DNA of 64,000 nt from Callorhinchus milii (Eukaryota): the NCBI RefSeq assembly GCF_018977255.1, contig NW_024704751.1:12772001-12836000 (forward strand). Reading direction: 5' to 3'. Below the pieces are notes generated by a model, which ran no database searches, was not told where the DNA came from, and was given only the letters and a program-made list of their open reading frames with translations. This document shows, in pieces, positions 11,138 through 22,572 of the stretch; the first letter of the stretch is position 1; each line of letters opens with the position of its first letter. Position numbers and translations under genes: made by a program.

Positions 11138-13714
11138 TAATACAAGCAAATGTAATTCACAGGATCTGGTTTCTGTCTTTGCAAATACCAGAGTCCTGTC
11201 AGAGTTCCGAGGTTGGTGAAAATAAAGTTTCTCTATGTGAGCTCCCACAATAGTTTAGTGTTTTGAGTTGAGCCAAAGTGGGAACTGTAATTATACTAAT
11301 AATATATATAATAATAGTAATCCTTGCATTTGATGTAGCACCTTATCACGTCATTGAGACGTCTCAACTTTTCACAGGATCTCTGGGCTTCGGAACCAGG
11401 GAGAGAAACAGTCAGTCAGGTTCCTGCTGTTGATCACAATCACCGTGAGCTCTGCTGTAAGGGCCAATTATCAGTTAATGACAGAATTTGCTTCAGCTGT
11501 GACATTCTCTCCCTGTGAGTTTCATAGCCCGACAGCACTCAGTGTCAAAGATTACACAGAACAAATGACACTAAACCAAGGTAACACAGGAATACGAGCG
11601 AGTGTCTACGGAACTTGTGCAACTCTTAGTGAGAAACATCATCATGTTAATAACAATCTTTCTCCGCTCTCTTCTTAAAGGGCAAAAAGCTCCTTCTACT
11701 TCTCAAACTGTAGAGTGGGTGAAGATACCTGGACTCATTCCTAATGCCCTGAATCTTTCCCGCTGGGGCTTTGCTGTCCATAACATCCAATCCTAGCAGT
11801 CTCTGTGGAGTGTTGCTAACTGGAAATCATCATACTTTCCTTCCGTTCATTGATGAAGGCAAAAAGTCCCTTTGTCAGAATCAAGCATCAAACAACTTTC
11901 AGCTGTGATTGATTCATTCCACTTTAAGACAATTCATCAGCTGGTAGTTTAGTTCTGTGTTGATGTGACAAACTGCCTGTAAAATAACATTCATTCAGTT
12001 AATAAATAAATACGTGTTCAAATGACAGAACCTAAATAGGATTCAAAATATCCTACCGTACAAGTTAAAGAATCACAAATAAACTCCTTGGTTTCATTTT
12101 GCGTAAGTCAGCCTCTCTGTCACTGAATATCCGTATATAATTTGCAATAATATTCCCAACCAGATTCAACGTGTGAAATCTGATTTACACTTCTGAACAT
12201 TAAACGCAGGATAATTTGCTATTTGAAATTACCTAATTGTGATTTCCAAAAGGTGTCAATGTGCAAAAAGAAACGCACTTCTTCCCCCAATGGGAAGTTT
12301 CAATTTAGCAATTTAGCATCTGATTTGCAAATTAGATTCCCTCTGTGACATTTTTTTTAACAAAGGCGTGAAACAAAGAAACATCCTGCACGTCTGCAAT
12401 AAAACCCAATTCGAAGGCAGAAAAAAAAATGATACACGAGTTTTGTGGAGGTTGAAAGAAAGAACTTGTGTTTATTTTAGTGGCTTATGTCAAATTGTCT
12501 CAGAGTGCTTTACCGGAGTGCCCTCAGTCCAATCGCTGTTCCGTGCTGAAATGCTCTGGGATGCTACCCTGCATGAACGACATTAGATAAGTGCAAGTTG
12601 TTGTTGAAGTGAGCCAACATGGGAGTGCGGAGTTCCAATCGGCCTCAATCCCCTGTACCAGGAAACGGGAATAATAATAATAATAATCCTTGCATTTGAT
12701 ATAGCGCTTTTCACGTCGGGAGGACGTCCCAAAGCGCTTCACAGAACACACTGTAAAGTGAATTGACTGTATATTTGTGGGCGAACGCGGCAGCCAATTG
12801 CGCACAGCAATGTCCCACAAACAGTCGTAGATTGAAAATGACCAATTTATTATTGTTTTGTTTTGGAGGGATTATTATTAGGCTGTGTGGAGTAAGGAAA
12901 CTTGCCCAAGGTTTCGCCCTCTGCCTGGAATTGAACTCAGGTCTCTGGGAGAACAATCAACGTAGATTCCCTTGCCTTCATTGCTGCCCAATGACACGCG
13001 CTCACCCCCCCAACCCACACACACCCGAGACACACCCGGAATCAAGTGTTGTTCTCTTGCTCTTTATTCACTGTAATCATTTGACCAGAGGATTGGCGAC
13101 ACCCGACTGAATAGGATCATGGCACGAGTCAATTGTGGCTGCTGGGGGGCAAGTAATAATGAATTGGTCACTCAGTCCACGACTGCTCGTGGGCCTCCGC
13201 TGTGCGCAGTTGGGCCGCCCACAGAATATAACGTGCGCTTTACAACATATTCCTGGGAAGCGCTTGGAGACGCCTCGAAGACGTGATCAGGCGCTGCATC
13301 AAATTGCACGTCTTTTTTTTTTAACGCTTATGTTTACGCTTATGTTCTTCACGAGAGGGCGACACCTGTCCACAGTATCCACCGCACACACTTCTCCCCC
13401 CCACACACACCCACCCCCCTCCTCCTCCCTATTTCAAATCCGCCCATTCCCCCCACAAAAACAATTGCGATAAATATCTCAGCCGCCCCCCACCCCCAAA
13501 AAAAAAAGTCCAGGTACATTAAATAGATGATTGAGTTGGATTTATATATATATATATATATATATATGTGAGTGAGTGAGTGAGTGAGTGTATAAATGTG
13601 AATCAAATGCAATAAAGTCTCACTATTGTTCCATCGCAAGTGATTGACAACGTGAACAGCCAATAGGAGATGGAGGGGCGGGACATGTGCCAGGGTGGGT
13701 GGGTGTGGCGACCT

Positions 13715-14210
13715 GGGGACCAATCAGGGAGCGAGGGGCGTGTGCCTGGGGAGGAAGAGTGACGGGCTGGGAACCAATCAGAGAGCGAGGGGCGTGTGCC
13801 AGGGTGGAAGAGTGACGGGCTGGGGACCAATCAGAGAGCGAGGGGCGGGGGGGCGTGGCCTGGGGAGGAAGAGTGACGGGCTGGGGACCAATCAGGGAGC
13901 GAGGGGCGGGGGGCGTGTGCCTGGGGAGGAAGAGTGACGGGCTGGGGACCAATCAGGGAGCGAGGGGCGGGGGGCGTGTGCCAGGGGAGGAAGAGTGACG
14001 GGCTGGGGACCAATCAGGAGCGAGGCGGGCGTGTGCCTGGGGAAGAAAGTGACGGTTGGGGACCAATCAGGGAGCGAGGGGCGGGGGGCGTGTGCCTGGG
14101 GAAGAAGAGTGACGGGCTGGGGACCAATCAGGGAGCGAGGGGCGGGAGGCGTGTGCCAGGGGAGGAAGAGTGACGGGCTGGGGACCAATCAGGGAGCGAG
14201 GGGGGGACGT
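13715..14210. repeat. Minisatellite of about 55-61 bp units, each with a CCAAT box and GC-rich/Sp-type motif
   Basis: Unit GGGGAGGAAGAGTGACGGGCTGGGGACCAATCAGGGAGCGAGGGGCGGGGGGCGTGTGCC; nine ACCAATCAG copies counted. Confidence 0.92.
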
Positions 14211-14297
14211 GCGCATTAAGCCCCGCCCTCCGGGTCTTCTGGATACATTGTGAATGTGACAAAGAAACAAAAGCAACAGAGAGAGAAACAAAGGGAA

Positions 14298-15120
14298 ACA
14301 CTCACAGAGCTCACACTCACACACACACAGCTCACACTCACTCACACACAGAGCTCACACTCACTCACACACAGCTCACACTCATTCACACACAGAGCTC
14401 ACACTCACTCACAGAGCTCACACTCACTCACACACACAGAGCTCACACTCACTCACACACACAGAGCTCACACTCACTCACAGAGCTCACACTCACTCAC
14501 ACACACAGAGCTCACACTCACTCACACACACAGAGCTCACACTCACTCACACACACACAGCTCACACTCACTCACACACAGCTCACACTCATTCACACAC
14601 AGAGCTCACACTCACTCACACACACACAGCTCACACTCACTCACAGAGCTCACACTCACTCACACACACACACAGAGCTCACACTCACACACACACAGCT
14701 CACACTCACTCACAGAGCTCACACTCACTCACACACACACACACAGAGCTCACACTCACTCACACACACACAGCTCACAGTCACTCACACACACACAGCT
14801 CACACTCACACACAGCTCACACACACACACACAGAGCTCACACTCACACACACACAGAGCTCACACTCAAACACACACAGCTCACACACACACAGAGCTC
14901 ACACTCACTCACACACACAGCTCACACACACACACACACAGAGTTCACACTCACTCACACACAGAGCTCACACTCACACACACACAGAGCTCACTCACAC
15001 ACACAGAGAGCACACACAACACTCACACAGAGCTCACACACAGAGCTCACACTCACAGAGCTCTCACACAGATAGAGCTCTCACACACACAGAGCTGTCA
15101 CTCACTCTCTCACACACTCA
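14298..15120. repeat. Compound CA-rich satellite (ACACAGAGCTCACACTCACTC-like units)
   Basis: Direct reading; accounts for the 357-aa His/Thr/Ser low-complexity ORF. Confidence 0.92.
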
Positions 15121-15487
15121 CTGGCCCAATCCTGCAAGTGAGTAGCCACACACCTCAGCTCTCCGACCCCCCCCCCCTCCCTCTCCTAACCCCCCCCTCC
15201 AGAGCCCGTCTTGTCACACACTCCTCCTCTCCCCATTCATTTACACACAAAGGGGAGATTTTCACGTGTTGGGGGAGAGAGAGGAGGAGAGGAGAGGGGG
15301 AGAGAGAGAGAGAGAGAGAGTGAAAAAAAATAGTCTCTATTAATAATATTAATTAAAACCTCCCTTTAAACTTTGCAATTACGTCATTGTCTTCCGCCCT
15401 CCGCACAGAGAGTTGCATTTCGCTCTCTGTGTTCTGCCCTCTCTCAGAGCTCTGGTGTCTCTTTGTATTTTTTTTGCTCCTTCTTCC

Positions 15488-15820
15488 TCCCCCCAACCCC
15501 CTCCTCCCACCACCCCCCCACCCCCCAACCCCCTCCTCCACACCCCCAACCCCCTCCCCCCCCCAACCCCCTCCTCCACACCCCCCAACCCCCTCCTCCA
15601 CACCCCCAACCCCCTCCTCCACACCCCCCAACCCCCTCCTCCACACCCCCCAACCCCCTCCTCCACACCCCCCAACCCCCTCCTCCACACCCCCCACCCC
15701 CTCCAACCCCCTCCACCCCCCCCCACCCTCCAACCCCCACACCCCCTCCTCCCCCTCTCTTTCTCTCTCTCTCCTCCTTCCTTTCTCTCTCCCCCTCTCT
15801 CTCCCTCTCCCCCCCTCTCC
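15488..15820. repeat. C-rich minisatellite (CCCCAACCCCCTCCTCCACACCC) and CT tract upstream of the RRM exon
   Basis: Direct reading. Confidence 0.85.
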
Positions 15821-15831
15821 CGGTGTCAGTG

Positions 15832-18800
15832 ATGAACAAGGACCGGGTGTTCCGCAAACTCTTTGTGGGGGGTTTACCGTATCACAGCAACGAACTCTCC
15901 CTCCGACGGTATTTCCAGCGTTTCGGGGACATCGAGGAGGCGGCGGTGATCACCGACCGACTGACCGGGAGATCCCGAGGCTATGGCTTTGTGAGTACCT
16001 CTGATACGAACCCACGTTACGAAACGCAAGTGGTCCTTTTCCTTTTGCACTCACTCCCTCCACTCTCTCCCCACTCTCCCCCCACACTCTCTCCCCACTC
16101 TCCCCCCCCCCACTCTCCCCCCCACTCTCCCCCACTCTCTCCCTCCCACTCTCTCCCCCCCACTCTCTCCCCCACTCTCTCCCTCTCTCTCCTCCCCCAC
16201 TCTCTCCCCCACTCTCTCCCCCCACTCTCCCCCCCCTCTCTCCTCCCCCACTCTCTCCCCACTCTCTCCCCCCACTCACTCCCCCCCACTCCCCTCCACT
16301 CACTCCCCCCTCCGCTCTCTCCCCCCCCACTCTCCCCCTCCACTCACTCCCCCTCCGCTCTCTCCCCCCTCCGCTCTCTCCCCCTCCACTCTCTCCCCCC
16401 ACACTCTCCCCCCACTCAATCCCCCACTCACTCCCCCCCACTCCCCTCCACTCACTCCCCCCACTCTCTCCCCCCCCCACTCTCTCTCCCCCCACCAAAA
16501 AATATGTACTTCCTCTATTCCTGTGGGTGTATGGCAGGTATTCGTATTGTTATTATCTTTAGAGAGAAAAGGTATATTTTTGTTTGGGGAGGGGGGGGGC
16601 AATGTTTCCCACTTTCTGGTCCTCCCCGGGTACGTTTCGCTCACGAAATATGGACCCAGAGGTTGACCAAGTGGGGAAACTGCTCCCCCCTTCCACTCAT
16701 CACCACCCACCCACCCACCCCTCCTCCCCCCCCACCCCTCCCAAAGAAGTACCTTTCTCTATAATAAAATACGCAGTCAATTCACTTTACGGCGAAGCGC
16801 TTTGAGACGTCGCGGAGACGTGATAAGGCGCTGCATTGGTTGCGAGGATTATTCGGGTTATTGCCTCGCTTGGTGAGGGTACCCAGTAGTCAGCCCTCAC
16901 TCAGCCCAAGTGGCCATTCTTGGCTATGTCCACCTTTCATGCTTTGTGGTTGACGCCGTATCACCATGAGGAGGAAGCCAACCAGCCACTGGATGTGACG
17001 TGAGGCTTTGAGCACGCGCCACGGTAGCGTGGTACTTTGCCAGGCCAGCAAAGTAAATAATGCGCACACACACACACACACACCGTGTACTGCCGTGAGA
17101 TGGGACGCCATGTTTTTTTCTGGTTTGGAGGGCGGGACGTTAACGCAGGGCGTTATTCATGTGAACGGATTTTCGGCAGAGATCGGAGCGTTTCCGCAGC
17201 CAGCCAGAAGAAAAAAAAAACATGGCAACTTGGAAACCGAACCGCTTGGGGAAAATACTCTTTCGGCGTGGTGATGGATTTCCGCACGTGTCAGACTCCC
17301 GAAACAAAAATCAGCTTCTCGTTAGCTTTATCAGCTGAGCCGTTGGATGTCCGTCAGTTCGCTTCCTGGGTGGAAGATGCAATATCTATAAGGAACCTTT
17401 GACTCAGTTGGGCTCTGTAGCAGTTTTAAAGCTTCCCCCTAATTCCTCGAACTCTGCCACACATCATTATTATTGTTGTATTATTGCCACATTAGACATG
17501 GCCTGCACCTAATTGGAGCCCAGAAAGTGGATATTAAGGGATATTTCGCCCACAAAATATAGTCAATTCACTTTACAGTATATTCCGTGAAGCACTTTGA
17601 GACGTCTTGAAGTTATGATAAGGTCAAATATCAAATGCAAGGATTATTTATTCTTATGATGATGATGATGATGTGGAGGCTAATTTGGGGGTAAATGAGC
17701 ATTTCCTGTTTGTAAGATTTCCAATGTTCCTTATAGATATTGTGTCTCCGTCTCGTGAAGCTAACTGAAGGTCACCAATGTCTCAGCTGATAACGTAACT
17801 TGAAGCTGAGGTTTTTTTTGCCAGCTGGGTGTCTGACCCACACAGAGCCCCATCACCGTTGAGTATCCAAACCAAGCTGAGATTTCCGTGCTTCCCTTCT
17901 ACATGTGGAAATCCCAGAGGTTGATTGTTTGGAGTGGAATGTGCACTCTCTACCCTCAGGGGTGCATCAGCCACTATGCCCCGAAACTCTGGAACTCTCT
18001 CACTCAATCCTTCCACTTTGCTCCCTCCCTTCTCCCCACTTTCAAATCCTGCCTGAAGACCTTCCTTTTGGATCGTGTTTACGGTCACCTCCCACCCTCT
18101 CTCCCCACCCACCCTCCCCACCCCCTGGCTGGGAGTCAGACTCAAGTGCCTGGGGACTCTACCCCGCGCGGAGGGCGCTATATGAATGCAAGTTTTTGTT
18201 GTAAACGGCATTAACAGCCATTCTCATCAGTACAGCAATGATCCAAATCACGGTGTGAAGTTCCAGGATTGTCCAGGATCCTAAACCGGTTTCTCTTGCT
18301 GCTGGAAGCCACCTGTGGGGAACAATGCACCCGTTCTTATGGAAGGCAATGCTCTCTCTGCCCTATTGGAGCTCGATGGCAAATCCACTTGTTCTTTGGC
18401 TCGGGCCGTGTGGCAAGGCTTTCACGTCCTCGCAGTTGGATCCTCTTCTGCTGTGACCCTGAAACAGCATCAGAAGTGTTGAAAGTCGCTGCAAAACAAC
18501 AACAAGCTGTAAGAAAGAGGCTTGTCCTGGGTCTGATTTGAAGCAGTTCCCACTGGTTTGGTTTACAGGCCTAGACTTGGCCACTGATGTGATTTCCAAA
18601 TGAAGCGGGTTGCTCTGGCTGTCACTAGCCTGCCTGCCGCAGCAGTTTGATCTGTGTAGGAGGGAGATGTGATTGTAACAATTGCATATCTACATAACCT
18701 TAGGTAGATCTCACTTCCTTTTGTGGCTTCAACATGATAAAGACTTGATTGAGGCAGAAAGAGTGGCCGGTGATTTTCTTTATTGCCAGACGATCTCCCA

Positions 18801-21800
18801 AGCTGATGTCTGTTCTGTTTTCTGATAGATACTTTTCTTCCTTCCTCTCTTGGGAGTTAGATTGTGCTGGGGTACACTGCCTGGGTACTGTTTGGCAATT
18901 CCAGGTGTCAGTCTGGCTCAGTTGGTTGCACTCTTGCCTGAGTCAGACGATCGTGTATGTTCAAGTCCAATGTTAGGACTTTGAGCTCATAGTCTAGGCG
19001 GACACTGGGTGGAGCACTGCATCATCTGAGGTGCTGCCTTCAGGTGAGACATTAAACCGAGGTTCCAGTCTGCCTGTTCAGGTGGGCATCAAAGATCCCG
19101 TGGCACTATTTAAAAGAGAAAGGAGTTTCTCCCAGTGTCCTAACCAACAATCCCCAGATAAAATTGGTTATTCACTTCATGGCTGTTTGTGGAACATTAC
19201 TGTGTGCAAACTGGTCACTGTGTTTGCTTTCAAATGCACAGACACTACATTTGGCAGTAAATGCTGTGAATTCTTTTAAGACATTTTGACGGTGGATAAA
19301 AGCATATTGAACACCAAGATAGATGATTATTATTGTCTATACTAATATAACGACAATGTATGTATGTATGTATATCAGCCAAAATCTCAATAAGCGATTG
19401 ATGTAGAGACATAATTTATACCTCATTGGAAAGGTCTTGCATCTAGGAATCCATTGGGCATATTTGTTTTCAGGAATCTCCTAACGTTGATGAGCTTTGA
19501 CCTAAACAAGCTCATCACACATGTATGGCAGTTGCATGTACTGGTGGCCGCGTTGACTCCCAGTGGTGCCGTGCCTTGCATGCGCTGTGGCCAAATTGAG
19601 ATCCCCGAAGGTTGTGGGACCATTGGACATGATATAGCGGCGTTCAAAACCAAAGTTTTCCTGAACCTCAGCCATAACTACACAAACCTACATTCCAGAT
19701 CGGATCCTTTGGTTGCAAGCAACGGGTCGGTACAGCTAGTAACAACTAATAAAATCACCCTCCAGTATCACATAAACCTCTCCTCTGAACAAATGTGTCA
19801 CAGGATAGCGTTGCAAGGACAGATCACCGCCTGGATCCTCGCTTCCTCCCTGGGCCTCAAAAGGTCAATTAAACTCTACCGACACTATGATTAGCTTGGT
19901 GAACTCAACGGTCTGCAACAATAAGTCTGGAAACCTGGAAAAATGGCTTCGCCGACTGAGCCACCAAACTCTCTCTGGTAGCTCTTGAGTTGGTGAAATT
20001 ATTGTCTTGGATTTTTAAGAATAAATGCAGGTTTCTACGAAAAACTAAAATGCTTGCGCAATATCGAGGGTTAAGTAATAGCAATAGTAAAAATAATCCT
20101 TTGATATAGCACCTTATCGCCTCATTGAGACCTCTCAAAGGTCTTCACAGAATATACTATAAAGTGTGGTGACTGTTTTTTTCGTTGCTCTTTTGGTCAT
20201 CTCCCACCCAGCTCACTTCGCCCCCGCCCTCCCCAACCTCAGCAACCAAGCAGCTGTGAAACATGATCCCAACGTGAAAGGTATTACCGAATATAAATGT
20301 AATTTTATTGGACTTATCACCTAGTGATGGAAGTGTGTTTTTTTCTTCCTGTCTGTTATTTCTGTGAGTAGTTACTGAATCTGCTGATATCTTTGTTCTT
20401 TGCAAAACCTGTCACCTCCTCACCACATCCTGAGGGGAATCCAGTTCACAAATGTATTTCTGTGCAGTTCATTCATCGGTTGAGTAGAGGCACTTAGAGA
20501 GAAACTAAATGAACCTGTTCTTACTTCCCCTCCCCTCCCACAACTTTAGCTCTGCCCTGCCCCCAAACAAATGGACTTTACCGTTGCTCACTCCCATTAC
20601 CTATCAATTGATAAGCGTATCTTAAACTATGGACCTCCACCCACGACAATATAGTGATCTTAATCTTCTTGCTGCGTTCTCAACTCCTGCTTGAATACAT
20701 GCTTTCCGAAGCTGCTATTTTCAGAAAAGTCTTCTAACGTTAAAACTATGGGTGCTGTCATTTGGTTAAAAACAGACCAGTTCTGCTCGGAGTTGGCTGA
20801 TCTCAGTTGAGATAGTAGCTTTGGGTGGTGATTCATGTTTTTTTAGGTCAGGCCACATACAAACACCCATCGCCAAGTTTAAGAATATGCAAATTAAATT
20901 GAGAGTTACACATTTGAATGTCAGCTGCGCATGTAAATTGCCCACATGTCAGCGAGGTGATAAGGAGCAATAGCAAATGCAAGGATTATTATGATTATTA
21001 TTACAAACTGTGAGCTGAGTTAACTCCAATAACTGATTATGTGGCTTTGAATTGCAGGTCACCATGGCAGACTGGGCAGCCGCAGAGCGAGCTTGTAAAG
21101 ACCCCAATCCCATCATCGACGGAAGGAAAACCAACGTGAACCTGGCTTATCTCGGGGCGAAACCACGGACAGTACATTCAGGTATGTGGTCTCAACAAGT
21201 CCTTTCGATTGTCCTAAATCCCCCAACATCAGATCCTGAGTCAGAGAAAACCCAGAACATAGAAACATGAGGAGGCCATTGAGCCCCTCGAGCCTGTTCC
21301 ACCAATCTATAAGATCATGGCTGATCTGTACCTCAAGTCCAATTACCTGCCCTTATCCTGTATCCCTTAATACCCTGACTTGAAAAATATCTATCCACCT
21401 CAGTCTTGGAAATGTGAATGGATCCAGCATCCAAATACGGAAAGGATGAAAGGTTTAGGAAGTGGTCGTCAATGACAGGCATTAAACCAAACTTAATAAT
21501 GACCGAATAGGATAATTACAGACTGACCTCTGTACTGGGCAATATACTCGCCACCATCTCAACATTTTATTGAAATTGTTTCTTTACTTTTAATACCAGG
21601 TGGGCTTCTCGGTTTGCAACAAGTTCACTCGGCTCTGCTGCAAAGACCGTATGAGTAAGTTTACAAGTTGTTCTTTATTATAATAATAATAATCCTTGCA
21701 TTTATAGCGCCTTATCACATCTTCGGGACACCTCAAAGCGCTTCACAGAATATACCGTAAATTAATTGTATTTTTGCGGGAGAAATGCAGCAGCCAATTG

Positions 21801-22572
21801 CGCACAGCAGCGTCCCCACAGACAGTCCGTGGATGGAGTGACCAAATTATTATTTTTTTCTTTGAGCACCTATTGAGTTATTTCAAACAGAGACAGTATA
21901 ATGGCCTCCAAATGAATAATAATAATAATTATTCCTATAATAGCCAAGTAATAATAAGTGGCTCTCTGTCTCCTAACGGATTGATTGATTTCAAGTACCT
22001 CATCATTGCCTGTAAATCTATTCACACCCCAGCACCTCCCTGTTTCTGTGACCTTCTCCGAGCTCACTTTGGTGAAAGAATTTAACAGGAAGCAACGATT
22101 CCAGATTGGGACCAAGGTGGGTGGAGGGTAGGGAGAGTAGGGGAGGAGATGGCCGAAGAGGAGAGTCTTGAGACGTGCGTTGAAGGAGGCAAGGGAGGGA
22201 GCAAGACAAATGGACTGGGGGATGGAGTTCCCAAAAAAAAATGCATGTTTAAAAGCCAGAGAAAGACTAACAACACTCGGAAGGTTAATCATCATTATTT
22301 TGCTCCTGTTACAGGGTGGCCACCCAGTGCCTGATGCCACAGACTGTTCTGCAGCCCGGCCTGGTCTTGCCCCAAACCCGTACCTGGATTCCAGCGGGGC
22401 TCTGTACACGCATTACCCTACCTACGAACATCTCTACCCACATTGTTCCCACTACCTGAGCCCTGGCTACACCTACACAATGCAGCTTCCCATACAGACT
22501 GCAACAGCAAACCAGGGGCTGGGACAGCCAGAGCTAACCACACTGCACACCGCAGGGTTTCAGAGACGATAG
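15832..22572 (+). CDS. RBM24/RBM38-family single-RRM RNA-binding protein, divergent paralogue, with an apparent 1-bp frameshift in the last exon
   Basis: Exons 15832-15990, 21058-21181, 21600-21654 and from 22315 (GT-AG). Translation [18 protein letters not shown]...TGRSRGYGF|[37 protein letters not shown]...[13 protein letters not shown]; RNP2 and RNP1 intact. As written the spliced frame stops at TGA 22457-22459 (160 aa); the family-like C-terminus lies in the -1 frame and ends at TAG 22570-22572 (198 aa if one base is restored). An upstream exon is possible because an AG acceptor-like site precedes the ATG. Confidence 0.88.
16048..16495. repeat. Pyrimidine-rich minisatellite (CACTCTCCCCC units) in the first RBM intron
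   Basis: Direct reading. Confidence 0.88.
17940..18205 (+). mobile_element. L2 LINE 3' fragment
   Basis: Encodes decayed L2 ORF2 end ([11 protein letters not shown]...FKSCLKTFL) followed by tail GGGCGCTATATGAATGCAAG. Confidence 0.7.
18905..19330 (+). mobile_element. Older DeuSINE-like element (tRNA-like head plus Deu domain)
   Basis: TGGCTCAGTTGG...GTTCAAGTCC head, then GAGACATTAAACCGAGG...AAAGATCCCGTGGCACTATTT...GGAGTTTCTCCCAGTGTCCT, resembling the Deu domain of SacSINE1/AmnSINE1-type SINEs as recalled; related decayed copies near 40050-40290, 41670-41850 and 48950-49190 (minus). Confidence 0.7.

Noticed and set aside
13715-14210. CRISPR-like array (also the arrays at 51215-51480 and 51700-52020)
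   Set aside because: Vertebrate DNA, no unique spacers and no cas genes; these are tandem repeats.
14250-15323. 357-aa His/Thr/Ser-rich ORF
   Set aside because: Translation of a CA-rich satellite that lacks stop codons by composition.
15373-16764. 463-aa proline-rich ORF containing an RRM half
   Set aside because: Only 15832-15990 is exonic; the rest is C-rich repeat and intron read-through past the GTGAGT donor.
22367-22380. Programmed -1 ribosomal frameshift at CCCAAAC in the RBM last exon
   Set aside because: The heptamer C_CCA_AAC is phased to the downstream frame, not the incoming frame (CCC CAA ACC), so tandem slippage does not explain the switch.
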